A stretch of DNA of 64,000 nucleotides from an uncultured delta proteobacterium (GCA_963771175.1 CAVYSY010000032.1:384001-448000), one strand, 5' to 3'; shown: positions 29,403 through 42,424, counted from the stretch's first letter. Notes: generated by a model not told the origin, from the letters alone. Numbers and translations: made by a program.

Positions 29403-29631
29403 GCGCCCTCCCCGAGGGAACCCAGGCCGCGCCCAACAACCTCGCAGCTCGGGCGTTCCCCGCCATCCCGGCCGAGACCCGGGCCGGGATGCGGCCGGGC
29501 GTCCATCACGCCCGGTATGCCCCCACGTACAGCCGTCCCCATCGTGACGCTTGGATGCCGGTCCCGCCAGCGTCCAGCGACGAAGGCACGTGACGAGGCA
29601 TTCCCACGCAACCACGCAATAGGAGGCAGCC

Positions 29632-30357
29632 ATGTTCCAGCGCAGTCAGTTGAAGGAAGGGATGACGGTCCGCAGCTTCGACGGCGAGAAACTCGGCAAG
29701 GTGTTTGCCCTGGGAGATGACGCGTTCCACATCGAGAAGGGGCTCTTCTTCCCGAAGGACTATCTCGTCCGGTACGCCGAGATCTCCGACATCCGCGATG
29801 GGGAGATCATCCTCATGCACGGCCGCGAGAGCCTGCTAAAGCTGTCCTCCGAGGCGAGGTATGGGGCCACGGAGGGACTCGGGACGACCGCCGGGTACGA
29901 CACGACCAGCGGAATCGGAACGAGCACGGCGGCCGCGGGTGAGGTAGCCATCCCGGTGCACAAGGAGGAGCTGGACGTCACCAAGCGGGAGGTACAGGCC
30001 GGTGAGGTGAGCATCCACAAGGACGTGGTGGTGGAGGAGGAGACCGTCACCGTCCCCGTGCGCCGCGAGCGCGTGCGCGTGGAGCGCCGCGACATCAACC
30101 CGGACCGGCCCGCGATGAACGCCTCCTTCCAGGAGGAGACGGTGACGGTCCCCCTGCGCGCCGAGGAGGTCGACATCAACAAGCGCGCGGTGGTGGACGA
30201 GGAGGTCATCATCCACAAGGACGAGATCGAAGAGGAACGCCGGGTCGCGGAGCCACTGCGGCGCGAGGAGGTGGACATCCGCACATCCGGCGTGGACGAG
30301 GACAAGCGCTCGCTGAACCTCAACCCCGATGAGGATCCCACCCGGCGCCGCTCGTAA
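29632..30357 (+). CDS. YsnF/AvaK (DUF2382) domain protein
   Basis: IPVHKEELDVTKR..GEV.I.K.V, VPVRRERV and VPLRAEEV; AGGAGG RBS. Confidence 0.88.
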   Translation: MFQRSQLKEGMTVRSFDGEKLGKVFALGDDAFHIEKGLFFPKDYLVRYAEISDIRDGEIILMHGRESLLKLSSEARYGATEGLGTTAGYDTTSGIGTSTAAAGEVAIPVHKEELDVTKREVQAGEVSIHKDVVVEEETVTVPVRRERVRVERRDINPDRPAMNASFQEETVTVPLRAEEVDINKRAVVDEEVIIHKDEIEEERRVAEPLRREEVDIRTSGVDEDKRSLNLNPDEDPTRRRS

Positions 30358-30781
30358 TACCTGGGCCCGGGGAGTGCTCGGCGGGGGTGCCGCATGGCTC
30401 CTCGCCAGCCTCTTCCCCTTCCCGGGGATGCCATTAGAATCGTACGCTTCTGGTGACTGAACTCATGATGCCCCTCTACCCAGCTCCGATGAAGTCCGGT
30501 ACGCGCTGGGCCGTGGTGCGCCGAGTCCTGCTCGCCCACGGCGGGGCAACTGCCTCGCTTGAGTTCCGCGCCGCCCGCCCCCAGCTCTAGACCCCGGCGA
30601 GCGGCGTCCCGTCCCCATCCGAGAGCTGACCAGGAACGCTCCCGCGTAGCCCCTGTCCTGCTCGCCCGCGCGAGCTGACACGCACGCCGGTCCACATGCG
30701 CCCTGCCCCTCGGCGCTCTCCTTGTCCCCCTCGATTGACCCCCGGCCGCAGCGCGGCCACTGCACCATGAGGAACACCGCA

Positions 30782-31198
30782 ATGACCCAAGAGCGACGCA
30801 TCATCGTCACGGAGACCGACCTCGAGCGCCTCCAGCGAACAATCGAGCAGCACGGCGGTGGGCGCAACGCCGAGCTGGCCGAGCTGCTGGAGCAGGAGCT
30901 GGCCCGGGCCGACGTGACGAGTGCCCAGGACGTCCCCCCAGACGTGGTGACGATGAACAGCACCGTCGTCTTCGAAGACGAGGACACGGGCTCGCGCCGG
31001 GAGGTCACGCTCTGCTACCCACGGGATGCACGCAGCGACGAGGGCCGCATCTCCGTGCTCGCGCCCATCGGAAGCGCCCTCATCGGTCTGTCCGTGGGCC
31101 AGTCCATCCAGTGGCCGGTCCCGGGCGGACGCACCAAGACGCTCCGCATCGTGGCCGTGCCGTACCAACCGGAGGCCGCGGGGCACTTCCACCTTTGA
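30782..31198 (+). CDS. rnk: Nucleoside diphosphate kinase regulator (GreA/GreB family)
   Basis: D.ERL, VPPDVVTMNSTV, TLCYP, ISVLAPIGSALIG and YQPEAAG. Confidence 0.92.
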   Translation: MTQERRIIVTETDLERLQRTIEQHGGGRNAELAELLEQELARADVTSAQDVPPDVVTMNSTVVFEDEDTGSRREVTLCYPRDARSDEGRISVLAPIGSALIGLSVGQSIQWPVPGGRTKTLRIVAVPYQPEAAGHFHL

Positions 31199-31672
31199 CG
31201 TGAGCGGCGCTTCCGCGCGGCTGCCTGAAGGCCTGACGGAGGCGCCGTGTGCTACGGGGTCCTCGGACGCTCGCGCACGACCTCACGCAGCGTGAGCCGA
31301 GCGGATGCGCTGGTACGTCTCCAACGGCAGATGCGCCAGCTGCTTTCAGGCAGTTGGACTGACTTCCACGCTATAAGTGTTGAGACTCTCGGGGCGCCGC
31401 ATTCCGGGCGGGGGCAACGCACGAGCCAGGCCAGTCCGAGCATCTGTCAGGTTCAATACCTGGCCGATCGCCCCTCGGCGGGCCTGGCGTTTTTCTACAG
31501 TCAGAAACCGGAAGGACCTACCCGCCATGAACCCGCCTCCTCCCCACGGTCCCCGCGCTGCTTCTCCCTGGGAGGGACAGGAGGCGGGCCTCCGCATCCT
31601 CGATGAGGCGCGCGCGGCCCAGCGGAACGCCATGGGGCCGCCACGACGGCCTCCGGGCCAGGGAGCGCCCTT

Positions 31673-34477
31673 GTGAGCTCCGATACCCACCTGACGGAGT
31701 CCTCCCCCCCCACGCTGGCGGACGTGCTGGAGGCGCGGCACGAGGAGCTCATCGACCGCTGGACCAAGCGGCTTCGCGAGGGGCTCAGACCCGAGGGCCT
31801 GACGCAGGTCGAGCTGGAGGACCACATCGGCGACTACCTGTGGCAGATGGCCGCGGTGCTGCGCCAGCAGAAGACCAGTGGGGAGGTCTCGGTGCCCGAG
31901 TGGAGCCCCGTGGCCCGGGAGCACGGGAGCCAGCGCCTGCGCATCGGCTTCGACGTCCAGTCGCTGGTGCGTGAGTACCACGTGCTGCGCGAGTGCATCC
32001 TCGATCTGGTGGAGGAGACGGGCGCGCGCGTCACCCTCGGAGAGGTGCGGGCGCTGACGGCCTTCATCACCACCAGCATCGCCGAGGGCGTGGCCGAGTA
32101 CACCCGCCAGCGCGACGCGGCCTGGCGACTGAACGAGGAGCGGCTCCGGATCCTGCTGGACCAGACCCCCGCCGCCATCTACGCCAAGGACGCCGAGGGC
32201 CGCTACCTCTTCAGCAACCACCACCTGCAGGAGCTCATGGGGCGCCCGCGCGAGGAAATCCTCGGCCGGGACGACCATGCCCTCTTCCCCTCGGAGCTGG
32301 CCGACACCCTGCGGGCCAACGACGCGCAGGTGCTGGTCGGCCGCCCCCGCGCGTTCGAGGAGGTGGTGCACCTGCCCTCGGGCCCGCGCACGTACCTGTC
32401 GGTGAAGTTCCCCCTGCCGGGAGCCGAGGGTTTTCCCGCGGCGCTCGGGGGCATCTCCATGGACATCACCGAGCACAAGCAGGCCGAGGCCGAGCGCACC
32501 CGGCTGCTGCGCGAGAGCGAGGAGCGCTTCCGCTTGCTGGTGGAGACCGTGGAGGACTACGCCATCTACATGCTCGACCCGGAGGGCCGGGTCGTCAGTT
32601 GGAACATGGGCGCCGAGCGCATCAAGGGCTACCAGGCCGAGGAGGTCCTCGGCCGGCCCTTCTCCCTCTTCTACACGCCCGAGGACGTGGCGACGGGGGT
32701 GCCCGAGCGGTTCCTCAAGGCCGCGGCCACCCGGGGACACTGCCGCGCCGAGGGGCTGCGCGTGCGCAAGGACGGCCAGCGCTTCTGGGCGGACGCCGTC
32801 GTCACCGCCCTGCGCGACGAGCACGGCGTGCTGCGCGGATTCTCCGACGTCACCCGCGACATCTCCAAGCGCAAGCGCGCCGAGCAGACCCTGCTCGAGA
32901 CGACCCAGCGGCTGCAGGCCATCTTGGAGACGGCGGTGGACAGCATCATCACCATCGACGAGCGGGGCCTCATCCAGGGCGTCAACCCAGCCACGGTGCG
33001 CGTCTTCGGCTACACCTCCGAGGAGCTCCTCGGCCGCAACGTCAGCATCCTCATGCCCGAGCCCTACCGCGGCGAGCACGATGGCTACATGGCCAACTAC
33101 CTGCGTACCGGCGTGCGCAAGATCATCGGCATCGGGCGCGAGGTGCAGGGGCGGCGCAAGGACGGGAGCGTCTTCCCGATGGAGCTCTCCGTCAGCGAGA
33201 CGCTCCTGCCCCAGGGGCGGCTCTTCACGGGCATCGTGCGCGACATCTCCGTGCGCAAGCGCGCCGAGCAGACGCAGGCCCTCTTCCTCGAGGCGGGGAC
33301 GCTGCTGTCCCAGTCGCTCGACGTGCCCACCACCTTGAAGAAGCTCGCCTCGATCGCGGTGACGCACCTGTGCGACTACTGCATCGTGGACCTGCTGGGG
33401 GAGGACGGGCAGTTGCACCGGCAGGCGTTGGCGGACCGCGACCCGGCACGGGAAGAGCTCATCCTCCGGGCCATGCCCTACCCTCCTCGGATGGAAAGCC
33501 AGAGCCCCCTCATCCTCGCCCTGCGGCGCGGGGAGGCCGTGGCCGCGGAGATCACCCCGGAGTGGCTGGATGCCGCCGCTCTCGACGCGGAGCACCGGGC
33601 CCTGTTGGAGCAGCTCTCCCCGAAGTCCGCGGTCATCGTTCCCCTGGTGGCCCGGGGCCAGAAGCTCGGCATCATCAACCTCGTCTGGACGCGCTCCCGC
33701 TCCACCTCGGTGGCGGCGGACCTGGAGGTGGCCAGGGGACTGGCCGACCGCGCCGCCGTGGCCATCGACAACGCACTCCTCTATCAGCAGGCGCAGGAGG
33801 CCATCCGGGTGCGCGAGGACGTGGTGGCCATCGTCAGCCACGACCTGCGCAACCCCCTCAACGCCATCACCCTGTCGGCCACCACCCTGCTGCGGCACGA
33901 GGATGTGGACGAGCGCACCACGAAGGCCGCCGGCCGCATCCACGCGGCGGCGGAGCGGGCCAGCGGGATGATCAGCGACCTGCTCGACTTCACCCAGGCG
34001 CGCATGGGAGGCATCCCCATCCACCCCAACCCCCTGGACTTCCACGAGCACGTGCAGCGCGTGGTGGACGAGGTGCGGCTCGCCTGGCCCGAGCGGCGCA
34101 TTGGCGTCCAGGCCAGCGGCGACGGGCGGGGCACCTGGGACGAGGGCCGGCTGGCCCAGGTCATCACCAACCTGGTGGGCAACGCCCTCCAGCACAGCCC
34201 CGAGGACACGCCCGTCCACGTCACCACCCGGGGCGAGGGCGAGAGCGTCCTCCTCGAGGTCCACAACGAGGGCGCCCCCATCCCCACCGAGCTGCTGCCG
34301 GTCCTCTTCGAGCCCTACCGACAGGGGCCGGAGGCCGGGGCGAGCCGGGGCAGCCTGGGCCTGGGCCTCTTCATCACCCGGCAGATCGTCCTCGGCCACG
34401 GCGGCACGCTCGACGTGCGCTCCTCGGCCGAGGAGGGCACCACCTTCACGGTGCGGCTGCCCCGTCACCGGGACTGA
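31673..34477 (+). CDS. Cytoplasmic sensor histidine kinase: RsbRD_N-like, three PAS domains (third FixL-like), GAF, HisKA and HATPase
   Basis: HGSQRLRIGFD; PAS motifs; LMPEPYRGEHDGYM; VSHDLRNPL; NLVGNA; GLGLFI. Confidence 0.92.
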   Translation: MSSDTHLTESSPPTLADVLEARHEELIDRWTKRLREGLRPEGLTQVELEDHIGDYLWQMAAVLRQQKTSGEVSVPEWSPVAREHGSQRLRIGFDVQSLVREYHVLRECILDLVEETGARVTLGEVRALTAFITTSIAEGVAEYTRQRDAAWRLNEERLRILLDQTPAAIYAKDAEGRYLFSNHHLQELMGRPREEILGRDDHALFPSELADTLRANDAQVLVGRPRAFEEVVHLPSGPRTYLSVKFPLPGAEGFPAALGGISMDITEHKQAEAERTRLLRESEERFRLLVETVEDYAIYMLDPEGRVVSWNMGAERIKGYQAEEVLGRPFSLFYTPEDVATGVPERFLKAAATRGHCRAEGLRVRKDGQRFWADAVVTALRDEHGVLRGFSDVTRDISKRKRAEQTLLETTQRLQAILETAVDSIITIDERGLIQGVNPATVRVFGYTSEELLGRNVSILMPEPYRGEHDGYMANYLRTGVRKIIGIGREVQGRRKDGSVFPMELSVSETLLPQGRLFTGIVRDISVRKRAEQTQALFLEAGTLLSQSLDVPTTLKKLASIAVTHLCDYCIVDLLGEDGQLHRQALADRDPAREELILRAMPYPPRMESQSPLILALRRGEAVAAEITPEWLDAAALDAEHRALLEQLSPKSAVIVPLVARGQKLGIINLVWTRSRSTSVAADLEVARGLADRAAVAIDNALLYQQAQEAIRVREDVVAIVSHDLRNPLNAITLSATTLLRHEDVDERTTKAAGRIHAAAERASGMISDLLDFTQARMGGIPIHPNPLDFHEHVQRVVDEVRLAWPERRIGVQASGDGRGTWDEGRLAQVITNLVGNALQHSPEDTPVHVTTRGEGESVLLEVHNEGAPIPTELLPVLFEPYRQGPEAGASRGSLGLGLFITRQIVLGHGGTLDVRSSAEEGTTFTVRLPRHRD

Positions 34478-34481
34478 CGCG

Positions 34482-36074
34482 CTAGCGACGCCGGTAGACG
34501 TGCAGCGGCGCGGAGAAACCGTCCTGCTCCTCGTACACCACGCCATCGAGCGTCAGCGTGCGGCCCTCCAGCTTCACGCCGGCGTCCTTCTCCAGCGAGC
34601 CACCGTCGAAGCGCACGAGGTACTCCGGCGAGGCCTCGCGCAGGTGCTTGCGGAAGGTCTCCCAGCGAACACGGGCGAGCCGCTCATCCGGCAGCCCGGA
34701 GAAGAAGGCGAGCTGCAGGTCCAGGTAGTTCGGATCCTGGTCGAGCACGGCCGCGCCCCCCTTGGCCGCCACCTCGTCCTTGAGGAAGCGAGCCACCTGC
34801 ATCAGCGGCACCGGGTTGGTGGAGGTGGGGCTCACCGGCCGAAGGCTGTCGTGCAGGCCGCCGTCGGCGCGGAAGGTGTAGAGGCCCAGGGCCAAGGGCA
34901 CGGCCACAGCCAGCACCGCGCACAGCCCGGCCACGGCCTTGCGCGCCCCGGCGCCGCGCTGGCCCATGGTCGCCTCGAAGCCCGGCACCACGAAGGGCAG
35001 CAGCAGCGCCACCTCCGTCACCGTGAAGCGCCCCAGGGGCTGGAAGTTCAGCAGCACCGCGGCCCGGAAGGTGAAGTACGCGGCGGGCACCACGGATACG
35101 AGCACCAGCCAGCGCACGTCCGGCCGCTCGCGCCACATCCGCTTCATGCCCACCATGCCCAGCAGGGCCACGCCCGGCGACAGCGTCAGCAGCGCCACCC
35201 CCGGCCAGAAGCCGAGGCTCTGCAGCCGGTAGCCCAGCGCGCCCATCCGGGCGATGCCGTCCCTCACCCAGACCGCGTGGAACTGCTCCACGTCGCGAAT
35301 GGGGAAGAAGGGGTCTCCATGCGCCAGCTCGTTGCCCTGCATCCACAACAGCGGGAAGGGCAGGCACAGCAGGCCGAAGCCCACCGCGCGGGTGATGGCG
35401 GCGATCCGATCCTCGCCCCAGAAGAGCAGCGCCACGGGGATCAGCGGCATGAAGAGCCATGCGTCATAGCGTGTGGCGCACGCCAGGTTGAGCACCGCCG
35501 CCGCCCCGAAGATGGGCCCCAGGCGGTTCTCGTCCAGTCCCTCCGCGATGAGCGCGAACACCCACAGCATGAGGAAGAGCGAGAGCGCCTCACTGGCCGC
35601 CGTCGTGGACATCTGCACGTGCATGCCCCAGACGGAGAAGGCCAGCGCGGACCACACCCCGGCGCGCCAGTCGAAGAGGCGCCGGGTGAGCGAGAAGAGC
35701 GGCACCACCGCCAGCACTCCGAAGAGCAGGCTCACCAGCCGGCCCGCGAGCGCCTTGTCCTCCACCACCTTCAGCGCGGCTCCCACCAGGTACAGATGGA
35801 GGGGCCCGAACTGGTAGGCGCCGTCTCCATAGGAGGTGATGAGGTGCGGCGCATTTGCCCAGCGCTCGGCCAGATCCGTGCGCGCCACCGCGTCGCCGTA
35901 GAAGTTCTCGTTGAAGGGCATCAACAGCAGGCGCGGCAGCAGCACCGCGGCGAGCAGCAGGCCCAGCAGCAACCGGGAGCTCGGCTCCGAGGCCACATCG
36001 GGCACTGCGGAGAGGACAGGGGTGGCGCCGGAGGGGCGCGAGGGAGCGGAGGGGGAGGTCGAAGCGGACGACAT
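34482..36074 (-). CDS. GT-C (ArnT/PMT_2, GT39-like) glycosyltransferase
   Basis: FYGDAV, GPLHLYL, ASEAL and ACATRYDAW with many TM segments. Confidence 0.8.
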   Translation of the reverse strand: MSSASTSPSAPSRPSGATPVLSAVPDVASEPSSRLLLGLLLAAVLLPRLLLMPFNENFYGDAVARTDLAERWANAPHLITSYGDGAYQFGPLHLYLVGAALKVVEDKALAGRLVSLLFGVLAVVPLFSLTRRLFDWRAGVWSALAFSVWGMHVQMSTTAASEALSLFLMLWVFALIAEGLDENRLGPIFGAAAVLNLACATRYDAWLFMPLIPVALLFWGEDRIAAITRAVGFGLLCLPFPLLWMQGNELAHGDPFFPIRDVEQFHAVWVRDGIARMGALGYRLQSLGFWPGVALLTLSPGVALLGMVGMKRMWRERPDVRWLVLVSVVPAAYFTFRAAVLLNFQPLGRFTVTEVALLLPFVVPGFEATMGQRGAGARKAVAGLCAVLAVAVPLALGLYTFRADGGLHDSLRPVSPTSTNPVPLMQVARFLKDEVAAKGGAAVLDQDPNYLDLQLAFFSGLPDERLARVRWETFRKHLREASPEYLVRFDGGSLEKDAGVKLEGRTLTLDGVVYEEQDGFSAPLHVYRRR

Positions 36075-36231
36075 GAGGGCGCGCAGAATACGCAGGCCCG
36101 GCCCAAAGCCAAGGGAGCAACCAGCGAAAGGGGGTCCTTCCCTACCCCCGGATTACCTGCCTGTTGGGCAATCATGTTAGTTTGAGCCCCGCCCGTCCGA
36201 CGGGTCATCCGAAAAGGGGGAATCACCACAC

Positions 36232-37125
36232 ATGCTGTCCTCTCGCACTCTGCGTCATGTCGTCCTGGCGCTCGCGACCACCCTCGTGGTGGGTTGCGCG
36301 CCGACCCTGAAGGTCAACGTCCTGCAGCCCGCCCGCGTGAACCTGGGCTCCGCCAAGCGTCTGACCGTGGTCCAGACCGAGGGCCGTAAAGGCGCTCGCG
36401 ACTTCGTCATCGACGAGATGACCCGCCAGGCCCGCGGCCAGGGCTACTTCCAGGTGACGGACCGCTCCGACGAAGGCATCGTCGTGAAGGTGGCCGGTCG
36501 CTCGGTGCAGGTCGTCAACGCCGGCAGCGGCCCCGCCCAGACCGCGGATGAGATCGGCGTGCGCATCGACATCAACGACTGGGACGCCGAGAAGAAGACC
36601 GAGACCGTCAAGGGCACCGACAGCAAGGGCAACCCCACCGAGCGTGAGGAGAAGTTCTACGAGGCCAAGACGGTGGTGAGCGTCACGGCCTTCACCTCGG
36701 CGGGCAAGGCGGTGCTGGCCGAGGAGGAGTACGAGACGGTGGCCCGTGGCGAGGACAAGGACCAGGCCATCGGCAACGCGGCCCGCGCGCTGGTGAGCCG
36801 GATCTTCTTCGACATCACGCCCAAGTACGTGACGAAGCACATCCGCATGGATGACGACGACAAGGCGCAGAAGCCCATCATCGAGGTGGCCGAGAAGGGC
36901 AACGTGCCGCGCGCCATCACCGAGATGGAGGGCTACGTGCAGAACAACCCGCAGAACGCCGCGGCGCTCTACAACCTCGCGGTGCTGCTGGACGCCTCGG
37001 GCAAGTACCAGGAGGCCCTGGACCTGTACACCAAGGCCATCTCCCTGTCCTCCAAGGACTTCTACGTGCAGATGAAGGGCGAGTGCGCCCGCCGCCTCGC
37101 CGACCAGCAGGCGCTGGAGCAGTAA
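36232..37125 (+). CDS. Lipoprotein with a C-terminal TPR
   Basis: Lipobox LVVGC, LQPARVNL, AALYNLAVLLDASGKYQEAL. Confidence 0.8.
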   Translation: MLSSRTLRHVVLALATTLVVGCAPTLKVNVLQPARVNLGSAKRLTVVQTEGRKGARDFVIDEMTRQARGQGYFQVTDRSDEGIVVKVAGRSVQVVNAGSGPAQTADEIGVRIDINDWDAEKKTETVKGTDSKGNPTEREEKFYEAKTVVSVTAFTSAGKAVLAEEEYETVARGEDKDQAIGNAARALVSRIFFDITPKYVTKHIRMDDDDKAQKPIIEVAEKGNVPRAITEMEGYVQNNPQNAAALYNLAVLLDASGKYQEALDLYTKAISLSSKDFYVQMKGECARRLADQQALEQ

Positions 37126-37300
37126 TCCACCGCCGAGCCGGGTTCCACCCACCGGGCCGTCATCGGGACACTGTCTCCCGGTGGCGGCCCGGTTGTTTTA
37201 CGTGCAGGCAACCCTCCGCTCGCGCCAGCCGCCCAGGTTTCTTCGGCACCCGGTGGACTCGCGCATTCACCCCGGCGCGGCTTTCGGGTGAGATGGAGGG

Positions 37301-38075
37301 ATGCCCGCCGCGCCGGAGGTCGAGGTCGTCGCCCTGGAGAAGACATACCCGCGGCCCTTGTGGGCGTGGGCGCGCCTGAGGGGCCGGAAGGAGACCTCCC
37401 GACAGGCCCTGCGCGGCATCTCGTTCGAGGTGCGGGCCGGAGAGGTGGTGGCCCTCATCGGCCCCAATGGCGCGGGCAAGAGCACCCTGTTGCGCATCCT
37501 CTCCGGGCTGCTGCTGCCGAGCGCCGGCCTGGCGCGGGTGGCCTCGCGCGACGTGGTGCGCGAGCGCCCCGAGTGCCGCCGCGAGGTGGGCGCCGCGCTC
37601 GCCGATGACCGGGGCCTCTCGCCCCGACTCACCGCGCGCCAGAACCTGCGCTTCTACGCCGCGCTCTACGGCGTCCCCCCGCGCGAGGTGGACGCGAGAA
37701 TCCACGAACTGGCCGGAGCGATGGAGGCCCGGCGCCTGCTGGACAGGGAGGTGCGCACCTGCTCCACCGGGGAGAAGGCGCGGGTGGTGATGATGCGCGC
37801 CCTGCTCCACCAACCACGGGTGCTGCTGCTGGACGAGGTGACGCGCTCGCTGGACCCGGGGGCCGCACGCCGCCTGCGCACGCGCCTGCTGTCGGACGTG
37901 GCCGCTCGGGGGACGGCCGTGCTCTTCGCCAGCCACGACCTGGCCGAGGTGGAGGCCGTGGCCCACCGCGTGTTGCTGCTGGACGCGGGCCGCCTCGCCG
38001 CCTCCGGCTCCTTCGCCGAGGTGCGGCCGCGCCGCCGAGTCCGTCTTCGCCGCCGTCCCGCGGGAGGAGACGTGA
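37301..38075 (+). CDS. ABC transporter ATP-binding protein (probable indel near 38030)
   Basis: GPNGAGKST, CSTGEK, LLLDE and SHDL; stop in TGATG at 38073-38077. Confidence 0.85.
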
Positions 38076-38872
38076 TGCGCCTGCTGCTCGCCTTCCTGCG
38101 CCGCGACCTGCAGATAGCGACGGCCTACCGGCTCAACGCCCTGCTGCTCGTCTCCGGGGGCCTCTTCACCCTCACCCTCTTCTACTTCCTTGCCCGCACG
38201 GTGGGCGAGGCCCCGCTGGTACGGGAGCGCTACGGGGCGGACTACTTCTCCTTCGCGCTGGTGGGCCTGGCCACCGCGGCGCTGCTGCGCGCCCTGCAGA
38301 CGGGCTTCGGGGGCGCGGTGCGCGCGGCCCAGAACGATGGCTCCCTCGAGCCGCTGCTGGGCGCGCCCCTGTCCACCGTCCACGTCATCACCCTCATGGG
38401 AGCCTGGCCGGTGGCCAACGCCCTGCTGCGAGCGGTCGGCCTGCTCGCCCTGGGAGCACTCCTCTTCGGTGCCCGGCTGCAGCTCCACCTGGCGGCCTTC
38501 ACCTTCACCCTGCTCCTGAGCGCCCTCACCTTCTGCGCGCTCGGCCTGCTGTCGGCCGCCTTCGTGCTCGTCTTCAAACGCGGCGACCCCTTCACCTACG
38601 CCCTGGACGCGCTCAGCTACCTCTTCGCGGGTGTCCTCTACCCGACAGACGTCCTGCCCCCTCTGCTGCGGGCCGCGGCACGCTTCCTGCCCGCCACGCA
38701 CGCCCTCCAGGGCCTGCGGGACACCGCGCTCCGGGGCGCGGGGCCCGCGCAACTGTTGCCCACCTGGCTCTCGCTGCTGGGCTTCTGTCTGGTGCTCTGG
38801 CCATTGGCCGCGCTCGCCCTGTCCGCGGCGCGCCGACATGTAGAGCAGGCGGGGACGCTGCCCCACAGTTGA
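38075..38872 (+). CDS. ABC-2 type permease
   Basis: MRLLLAFLRRD, DYFSFAL.G, GSLEPLLGAP and GVLYP..LP; GGGAGGAG RBS. Confidence 0.85.
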   Translation: MRLLLAFLRRDLQIATAYRLNALLLVSGGLFTLTLFYFLARTVGEAPLVRERYGADYFSFALVGLATAALLRALQTGFGGAVRAAQNDGSLEPLLGAPLSTVHVITLMGAWPVANALLRAVGLLALGALLFGARLQLHLAAFTFTLLLSALTFCALGLLSAAFVLVFKRGDPFTYALDALSYLFAGVLYPTDVLPPLLRAAARFLPATHALQGLRDTALRGAGPAQLLPTWLSLLGFCLVLWPLAALALSAARRHVEQAGTLPHS

Positions 38873-39203
38873 CCGTCCCAGCTCCGCTCCCCCGCGTACT
38901 GTCGTTCACTGATGACCGACCGGGGCCCCCCCCTGCCCCCGCGCGGGCGCACCCTTATAATGGAAGATGCCTTTTCACCCCGTGGAGGCGGGACCCGCCG
39001 CACCGGCGACGAGCCCCTCCGACACGAGCTGGCCACGCGGTCCCACCCCGCGGCGGGGTCCCGAAAAGGGCAGGTCGGGCGTTCGTGTCGTGATTGGGAC
39101 CCGTCATGGGTGGGATTGGAATGACCGATTACCCCCCCAGGTTCACTTTTTGGCCCTCTAAAGGCGCGGAAATCCCGCGCTCCGGGTGGCCCGAGGGAGA
39201 GAC

Positions 39204-41270
<2,067 letters not shown>

Positions 41271-41288
41271 CACCCAAGGGGGCTGATC

Positions 41289-42398
41289 GTGTCGCTGCGG
41301 ATCCACCAAGACCACTCACGCTTCAAACAGATCGTCCGCGGGAAGATCAAAGCCAACCTGCGCAAGTACGTGCAGAAGGGGGAGATGGTCGGGAAGAAGG
41401 GGAAGGACTCCATCTCCATCCCCATCCCGTTCATCGACATTCCCCACTTCAAGTACGGCCACAAGGAGCAGGGGGGCGTTGGGCAGGGAGATGGCGAGGT
41501 GGGTCAGCAGCTCTCCCCGGGCTCCGTCCAGCCCGGGGACGGGCATCAGGCCGGCCAGGGAGAGGGTGACCACGCCATGGAGGTCGACGTCACCCTCGAT
41601 GAGCTGGCTCAGATTCTCGGGGAGGAGCTGCAGCTCCCCCACATCGAGCGCCGGCACAACGAGAAGATCGTCACCCAGAAGATCAAGTACACCGGGGTCA
41701 ACACCACCGGCCCCGAGTCGCTGCGCCACTTCAAGCGCACCTACAAACAGGCGCTCAAGCGGCAGATCGCGATGGGCACGTATGACCCGAACCGGCCCAT
41801 CATCGTCCCCACCCGCGAGGACCGGCGCTACCGCAGCTACAAGCTGCAGGATCTGCCGGAGACCAACGCCGTCATCATCTACATGATGGACGTGTCCGGC
41901 TCGATGGGTGACGAGCAGAAGGAGATCGTCCGCATCGAGAGCTTCTGGCTCGATACGTGGCTGCGCCACCAGTACAAGGGCCTGGAGTCGCGCTACATCA
42001 TCCACGATGCCGTGGCGCGCGAGGTGGACCGGGATACCTTCTTCCACACCCGCGAGTCCGGCGGCACGATGATCTCCAGCGCCTACAAGCTGTGCCGGGA
42101 CATCATCAAGGCGGACTACCCGAAGAGCGCGTGGAACATCTACCCGTTCCACTTCTCGGACGGGGACAACTGGAGCGCGGATGACACGCGCCAGTGCATC
42201 GAGATGCTTCGCGAGGACATCCTTCCGGGCGTCAACCAGTTCGCCTACGGCCAGGTGGAGAGCCCCTATGGCAGCGGCCAGTTCATCAAGGATCTGCGCG
42301 AGGCCATCGGGGATGCCAACAATGTCGCCTTGAGCGAGATCGCGGACAAGGACGCCATCTACGCCTCCATCAAGGATTTCCTCGGCAAGGGCCGCTAA
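41289..42398 (+). CDS. yeaH: YeaH/YhbH (DUF444) vWA-like protein
   Basis: [30 protein letters not shown]. Confidence 0.93.
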   Translation: MSLRIHQDHSRFKQIVRGKIKANLRKYVQKGEMVGKKGKDSISIPIPFIDIPHFKYGHKEQGGVGQGDGEVGQQLSPGSVQPGDGHQAGQGEGDHAMEVDVTLDELAQILGEELQLPHIERRHNEKIVTQKIKYTGVNTTGPESLRHFKRTYKQALKRQIAMGTYDPNRPIIVPTREDRRYRSYKLQDLPETNAVIIYMMDVSGSMGDEQKEIVRIESFWLDTWLRHQYKGLESRYIIHDAVAREVDRDTFFHTRESGGTMISSAYKLCRDIIKADYPKSAWNIYPFHFSDGDNWSADDTRQCIEMLREDILPGVNQFAYGQVESPYGSGQFIKDLREAIGDANNVALSEIADKDAIYASIKDFLGKGR

Positions 42399-42424
42399 GC
42401 GGTCCACGCCCCCCGGAGCTCGCG

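Noticed and set aside
30480..30530. Hammerhead-like CCGATGAAG segment
   Set aside because: Lacks the CUGAnGA core and the downstream GAAA.
31527..31676. Small ORF overlapping the kinase start
   Set aside because: Low-complexity Pro-rich sequence with no recognisable family or coding support.
37301..38872. ABC ATPase-permease fusion (523-aa ORF)
   Set aside because: An internal GGGAGGAG RBS and TGATG stop/start overlap at 38073-38077, plus an off-frame-looking Arg-rich joint, indicate two genes joined by an indel.
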